Virus record (IMG/VR): IMGVR_UViG_3300045988_177189
Location: 1-36,295 of that record
Length of the DNA: 36,295 bases
Direction: 5' to 3' (one strand)
Origin: a virus
How positions within the stretch are numbered: the stretch's first letter is position 1; each line of letters opens with the position of its first letter. Of the stretch, positions 32,377 through 36,295 are shown in pieces. The notes beneath the pieces were generated by a model. It saw nothing but the letters and a program-made list of their open reading frames with translations. It was not told where the DNA came from and made no database searches. Position numbers and translations under genes: made by a program.

Positions 32377-32964
32377 ATGATAAAAAAACAAAAGAATTTG
32401 ATTGATCAGGATGAATTCACCATCATTTATAGTAAATCGGGTTGGTATGGTTTTTCAATAACAGTAAAGAAAGATGAAATTATTGAAACCAATCATAAAG
32501 ACAACTTCAAAATTATTAGATATTGTGATGATAAATTTCCTAACACTTATGATGAGTGTGTTGAACGTAAAGTGAATCAGGAAAAGAGAAAAACAAAAAA
32601 GATTATTGAATTTAAACTTCATGATGATAGATGGTTTATTGATTCAGAAGATATTTTAGAATATGAGGTCATTAGTGTTAAGACACCAAAGGAAATATTT
32701 AAAGAAAAGGGTAACTATAAACTTATAGAAACAGAAGCTGAATTTGATGATTACATGAAATCTAATCTTTCATGCAATGACTGGTGTCAAATAAAACTGG
32801 CTAAAACAATGCTTAGCCTAAATCTTGGAAATGGGTTTATAAACGGTTTTGATGATTTGATTGGAGCAAATTTAAGCAGATACAGACTAATGATTGCACT
32901 GGCTAAAGAATGCGATAATCGTGATTTACTGATGTATATGCTGATAAAGAAATTAGGTAATTGA
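32377..32964 (+). CDS. hypothetical protein (195 aa)
   Basis: ORF track entry, with GGAGGA upstream. Confidence 0.65.
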   Translation: MIKKQKNLIDQDEFTIIYSKSGWYGFSITVKKDEIIETNHKDNFKIIRYCDDKFPNTYDECVERKVNQEKRKTKKIIEFKLHDDRWFIDSEDILEYEVISVKTPKEIFKEKGNYKLIETEAEFDDYMKSNLSCNDWCQIKLAKTMLSLNLGNGFINGFDDLIGANLSRYRLMIALAKECDNRDLLMYMLIKKLGN

Positions 32965-33061
32965 TATGATCTGGATAATCTTATTTTTACTGCTCTGTGT
33001 ATTTATTGAATTTATATGTATATATGTTTTAACACATAAAAAATAGTCTAAGGAGGATTTT

Positions 33062-33772
33062 ATGAATAATTTACAAATTATTGAACATGAAGGAATAAAA
33101 GTTTTAACAACCAAACAGTTAGCAGACGCATATGAAACTACTGAAAATAGTATTATACAAAATTTCAAAAGAAATAAAAGTAGATTTGAAATTGGAAAAG
33201 ATTACTACTGCTTAAAGGGGAATGAACTTAAGGAGTTTAAGAACTTAATGACTGATAGTCACTTAGTTAATTCAAGAGCACCACAATTAATTTTATGGAC
33301 CGAGCGCGGAGCAAATCGTCATAGTAAGATTTTGGATACTGATCAAGCGTGGAAGCAGTTTGATGTATTAGAAGAAACATATTTCAAAGTAAAAAGCATG
33401 TCAGCAATGCAAATGTTAAAACTTCAAAACGCTGCACTAATGGAAGTGGATGAAAAGGTTGAACACATCGACTGTCGCGTAACTAATCTAGAAAACACAA
33501 CTACTGTAGACAGCAGAAAGCAGTACACACTAAGAAAAATTGCAAGTGCGACAGCAGTTAGAGTTTTAGGCGGTAAGGATAGTCAGGCATATTTAGAACT
33601 TCATCATAAGGTATTTTGTCAACTTTGGAGAGATTATAAGGATTATTTCAAGATTCCAAGCTATAGGGATACTCTAAAGATAGATTTCGAAAAGGCAAAA
33701 GAGTATTTGCAGGGATGGAGACCTGATCATAATCTACAAATTGAAATTTCAAGCGTGAATGAGGGGGCATAG
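33062..33772 (+). CDS. ORF6N/KilAC-type antirepressor-like protein
   Basis: The N-terminus NLQIIEHEGIKVLTTKQLADAYETTENSIIQNFKRNKSRFEIGKDYY matches the ORF6N domain pattern. Confidence 0.7.
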   Translation: MNNLQIIEHEGIKVLTTKQLADAYETTENSIIQNFKRNKSRFEIGKDYYCLKGNELKEFKNLMTDSHLVNSRAPQLILWTERGANRHSKILDTDQAWKQFDVLEETYFKVKSMSAMQMLKLQNAALMEVDEKVEHIDCRVTNLENTTTVDSRKQYTLRKIASATAVRVLGGKDSQAYLELHHKVFCQLWRDYKDYFKIPSYRDTLKIDFEKAKEYLQGWRPDHNLQIEISSVNEGA

Positions 33773-33773
33773 T

Positions 33774-33935
33774 ATGGATTGTATATTAGTTAGTATAACA
33801 ATAAGTGTGACCATTTCTTATTTGATAACACATTTGTTATTGGTAAGGCATTTATTGGATATTGAAGATAAATTTCGCAAAACGTGTGATTTTACAATTA
33901 ATGAGATTAATAAATTAAAAAAAAGGGTGATATAA
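33774..33935 (+). CDS. small membrane protein (53 aa)
   Basis: Hand translation. It fills the gap exactly between neighbouring genes. Confidence 0.35.
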   Translation: MDCILVSITISVTISYLITHLLLVRHLLDIEDKFRKTCDFTINEINKLKKRVI

Positions 33936-34187
33936 ATGAGACCTACAGCAATGCTTACATTCGAGCAGGTTAAGACAGATTTAGGAATTTCTACTAAACA
34001 GCTAAACATTTTTATTGATTTAGGCTTACTTAATCCGATTTTTTTAGGAAAAGGTTGGAAATTTAGCCAAGAAGAAATCCTAGATTTTCAAAGGGAATAT
34101 CGTGGCGAACGCATGAGTAATTATGTTGAAACAGTAACAGCACATGAAAAACACATGAAAAAAGCTGCTATGTCCAGTAGCAGCTAA
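33936..34187 (+). CDS. excisionase-family / MerR-like HTH DNA-binding protein
   Basis: MLTFEQVKTDLGISTKQLNIFIDLGLLNPIFLGKGWKFSQEEILDF matches the HTH_17/Xis-type pattern. Confidence 0.55.
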   Translation: MRPTAMLTFEQVKTDLGISTKQLNIFIDLGLLNPIFLGKGWKFSQEEILDFQREYRGERMSNYVETVTAHEKHMKKAAMSSSS

Positions 34188-34245
34188 TCAATGAAACCAC
34201 GTTAATTATAGACTATAAAAAGGAGTGTGTCAAAGAATATTGAAA

Positions 34246-34383
34246 ATGGAAAAGTACATTAACAGGCTTAATGCCAGAGGCTTTTATACAATCGTTTTAA
34301 TTATTATTTTGGTAGGTTTCATAGTTGCGGGAGCTTCTGGTATCATTCTCGATTTTATCGTCGGGATAATAAAAAATATATAG
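34246..34383 (+). CDS. small membrane protein (45 aa)
   Basis: Hand translation gives MEKYINRLNARGFYTIVLIIILVGFIVAGASGIILDFIVGIIKNI. Confidence 0.35.
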   Translation: MEKYINRLNARGFYTIVLIIILVGFIVAGASGIILDFIVGIIKNI

Positions 34384-34449
34384 GTTTTTAACAGTGTTTT
34401 TAGGGTACTGTTTTTATTTGCACCATTTTTAGGAAAAAGTAGGGATTTT

Positions 34450-34812
34450 ATGTCAATTTTTGATGAAAAATACAAAAAAATACTTAATGAGCTTATTGAA
34501 AACAATTGCATTGAATTAGATCACGGAATCTATATTATTCACCATTACGATTCTATCGAATATCTTTCTGAACAGCTTCATAAAGAGAGAAAAGCCAATG
34601 AAGAGTATCATGAATATTTTAAAGTCAATGTAACTCCAATGGATATTATTGAGCTTATAAACGCTTATCGTGAATCTATTGCATTATCGACTTCAATGGT
34701 TGATGAAATTATTAAAGAGAACAAAGAGCTTAAGCAGCAACTTAAGTATAAGCATGGATTAAACGGATGCTTGATGCATGTTATCGAGGTTGGAGGAGTG
34801 AAAGAAGATTAA
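34450..34812 (+). CDS. hypothetical protein (120 aa)
   Basis: ORF track entry. Confidence 0.6.
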   Translation: MSIFDEKYKKILNELIENNCIELDHGIYIIHHYDSIEYLSEQLHKERKANEEYHEYFKVNVTPMDIIELINAYRESIALSTSMVDEIIKENKELKQQLKYKHGLNGCLMHVIEVGGVKED

Positions 34813-36213
34813 ATGGAACAGATAGATATTTTTGAACTTATAATGCCCAGTTATAAGATTAATAAACCTATACGACTTATAGAATTATTTGCCGGCATAG
34901 GTTCTCAAATTAAATCATTTAAAAAACTGCAGAAAAAATATGGATTTGAGCTTGAATCATATAAAGTTATTGAATTTGATAAATATGCTATAGCGAGTTA
35001 TAACGCCATAAACGGTACAGATTTTAAACCAATGGATATAACCAAGATTACTGCAGATGATTTAAATATTTTTAATACTAATGTATATGAATACATCCTT
35101 ACATACTCATTTCCTTGTCAGGATTTAAGTCTTGCCGGAAAGCAAAGGGGAATGAAAAAAGGTAGCAAAACAAGGTCGGGGCTGCTTTGGGAAGTTGAAA
35201 GACTGCTTAATGAATGCAGTGAACTTCCGCAAATACTGTTAATGGAGAATGTACCACAGGTTATATCTTCCAATAACATGGATGATTTTAGGCAATGGCA
35301 GCTCAAACTTGAAAAACTCGGATATACAAATTACGTTTCTTTGCTTAATGCTAAAGATTATGGCGTTCCTCAAAATAGAAACAGGTGTTTTATGATCTCG
35401 TTTTTAGGTCAATACAGTTATAAATTCCCAAAGCCTTTTAAATTAAAAACAAGGCTAAAAGATATGCTGGAAGATGAAGTTGATGAAAAATATTATCTTA
35501 GTGATGAACTAACTGAAAAGATAAGACATAGACTTGGTGATAAAGAATATAATCTACTCGGTGGAATGCATAAAAATCAAAGTTTTAAAGATGATGGGAT
35601 TTCAACAACATTAACAAGTTCAATGATTAATGAACCAGTAAGAAAATACGGAATCTTCGATGATGAAAAAGGAATACATCAGGCTGGTAGCGTATGGGAT
35701 CAAGATGGACTAGCGCCAACTTTAGACACGATGCAAGGCAGATATAGACAACCATGCATTGAAATAAGAGAAAAAACCAAACGAGGTTATAAAGAAGCCT
35801 ATGAAGGTGATGGGGTGTACTTAAATAGACCACATCAGAAACGTGGAGTTGTTCAAAATGGGATGATTCAGACGTTAAAAACATCATGCAGTGATGTCGG
35901 AGTGGTAGTTAGTGATAAACCAATTTGTGTTGGTCAAGTATCAACAGGAAATTCACAAGCTGGTAAGGTATATAGTCCTGATGGAGTTGGTCAAACATTG
36001 TGTGCTGGAACTCATGGTTATGCTATGGGGAATATAGAGCATAATTTAAGAATACGTAAATTAACACCATTAGAATGCTTTAGATTAATGGGATTTGATG
36101 ATGAAGATTTTTATAAGGCCGAAAAAGTGAACAGCAATACACAGTTATATAAGCAGGCTGGTAATTCTATTGTCGTAAATGTACTTGAACATATATTTAA
36201 TGAACTGTTTTAG
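34813..36213 (+). CDS. dcm: DNA (cytosine-5)-methyltransferase with an unusually long variable region
   Basis: Motif I is ELFAGIGS, IV is SFPCQDLS, VI is ENVPQV, VIII is QNRNRCF, IX-like is RKLTPLECFRLMGF and X is AGNSIVV. Confidence 0.95.
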   Translation: MEQIDIFELIMPSYKINKPIRLIELFAGIGSQIKSFKKLQKKYGFELESYKVIEFDKYAIASYNAINGTDFKPMDITKITADDLNIFNTNVYEYILTYSFPCQDLSLAGKQRGMKKGSKTRSGLLWEVERLLNECSELPQILLMENVPQVISSNNMDDFRQWQLKLEKLGYTNYVSLLNAKDYGVPQNRNRCFMISFLGQYSYKFPKPFKLKTRLKDMLEDEVDEKYYLSDELTEKIRHRLGDKEYNLLGGMHKNQSFKDDGISTTLTSSMINEPVRKYGIFDDEKGIHQAGSVWDQDGLAPTLDTMQGRYRQPCIEIREKTKRGYKEAYEGDGVYLNRPHQKRGVVQNGMIQTLKTSCSDVGVVVSDKPICVGQVSTGNSQAGKVYSPDGVGQTLCAGTHGYAMGNIEHNLRIRKLTPLECFRLMGFDDEDFYKAEKVNSNTQLYKQAGNSIVVNVLEHIFNELF

Positions 36214-36228
36214 AAATGGGGTGATTAG

Positions 36229-36295
36229 ATGAAATTAGATAAAGCAAAAGAAATACAGTATATAACAGAAAATATTGACAATATAAACAATCGTA
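36229..36295 (+). CDS. 5' part of the junction-spanning hypothetical gene (continues at 56..195)
   Basis: ATG 36229 follows GGGGTGA. The frame is open to the window end. Confidence 0.5.
   Translation, partial: MKLDKAKEIQYITENIDNINNR
36241..36295. repeat. 55-bp terminal overlap identical to 1..55
   Basis: Direct comparison. Confidence 0.95.

Overview
The window is one closed circle. The first 55 bp are identical to the last 55 bp, an ORF reads across that junction, and the unique length is about 36.24 kb. It is a complete genome of a temperate, siphovirus-type phage of an AT-rich Gram-positive host. A Clostridium-like host is my inference from strong AGGAGG Shine-Dalgarno (SD) usage and an amidase plus 2x SH3-like endolysin. 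Nearly all genes are on the + strand.

Module order:
- Early and replication genes: a small second tyrosine recombinase, an HNH remnant, an ASCH protein, a DUF2786-like protein, a replisome organiser and a DnaB-type helicase.
- Late regulation and packaging: an ArpU-like late regulator and an intact HNH.
- Head module in an unusual order: portal, MuF/gp7-like protein with a C-terminal ADP-ribosyltransferase domain, a 70-aa ORF, large terminase, scaffold, major capsid.
- Connectors and tail: connector proteins, major tail protein, G/GT chaperone with an A_AAA_AAC slippery site, tape measure, Dit/Tal-like proteins and an Ig-like fibre.
- Lysis: holin, a frameshifted membrane gene and the endolysin.
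- Moron region: three tandem sRNA-like hairpin units and a 58-aa 4Fe-4S ferredoxin.
- Lysogeny and accessory genes: attP-like repeats, integrase, the lysogeny switch, an ORF6N antirepressor-like gene and a long C5 DNA methyltransferase.

The most unusual locus is 22372-24556. It holds five paralogous 100-121-aa genes that resemble receptor-binding tips, and four of them lack an SD. They form two units. Each unit is preceded by an SD-bearing leader ORF containing a hypermutable simple repeat, (AC)19 in the first and G9 in the second. In one repeat-length state each leader stops inside the same octamer ATGCCTAA that starts the first cassette of its unit. I read this as a candidate phase-variable translational-coupling switch for host-range proteins.

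All functional calls come from motifs I recognise by eye. No database search was run.
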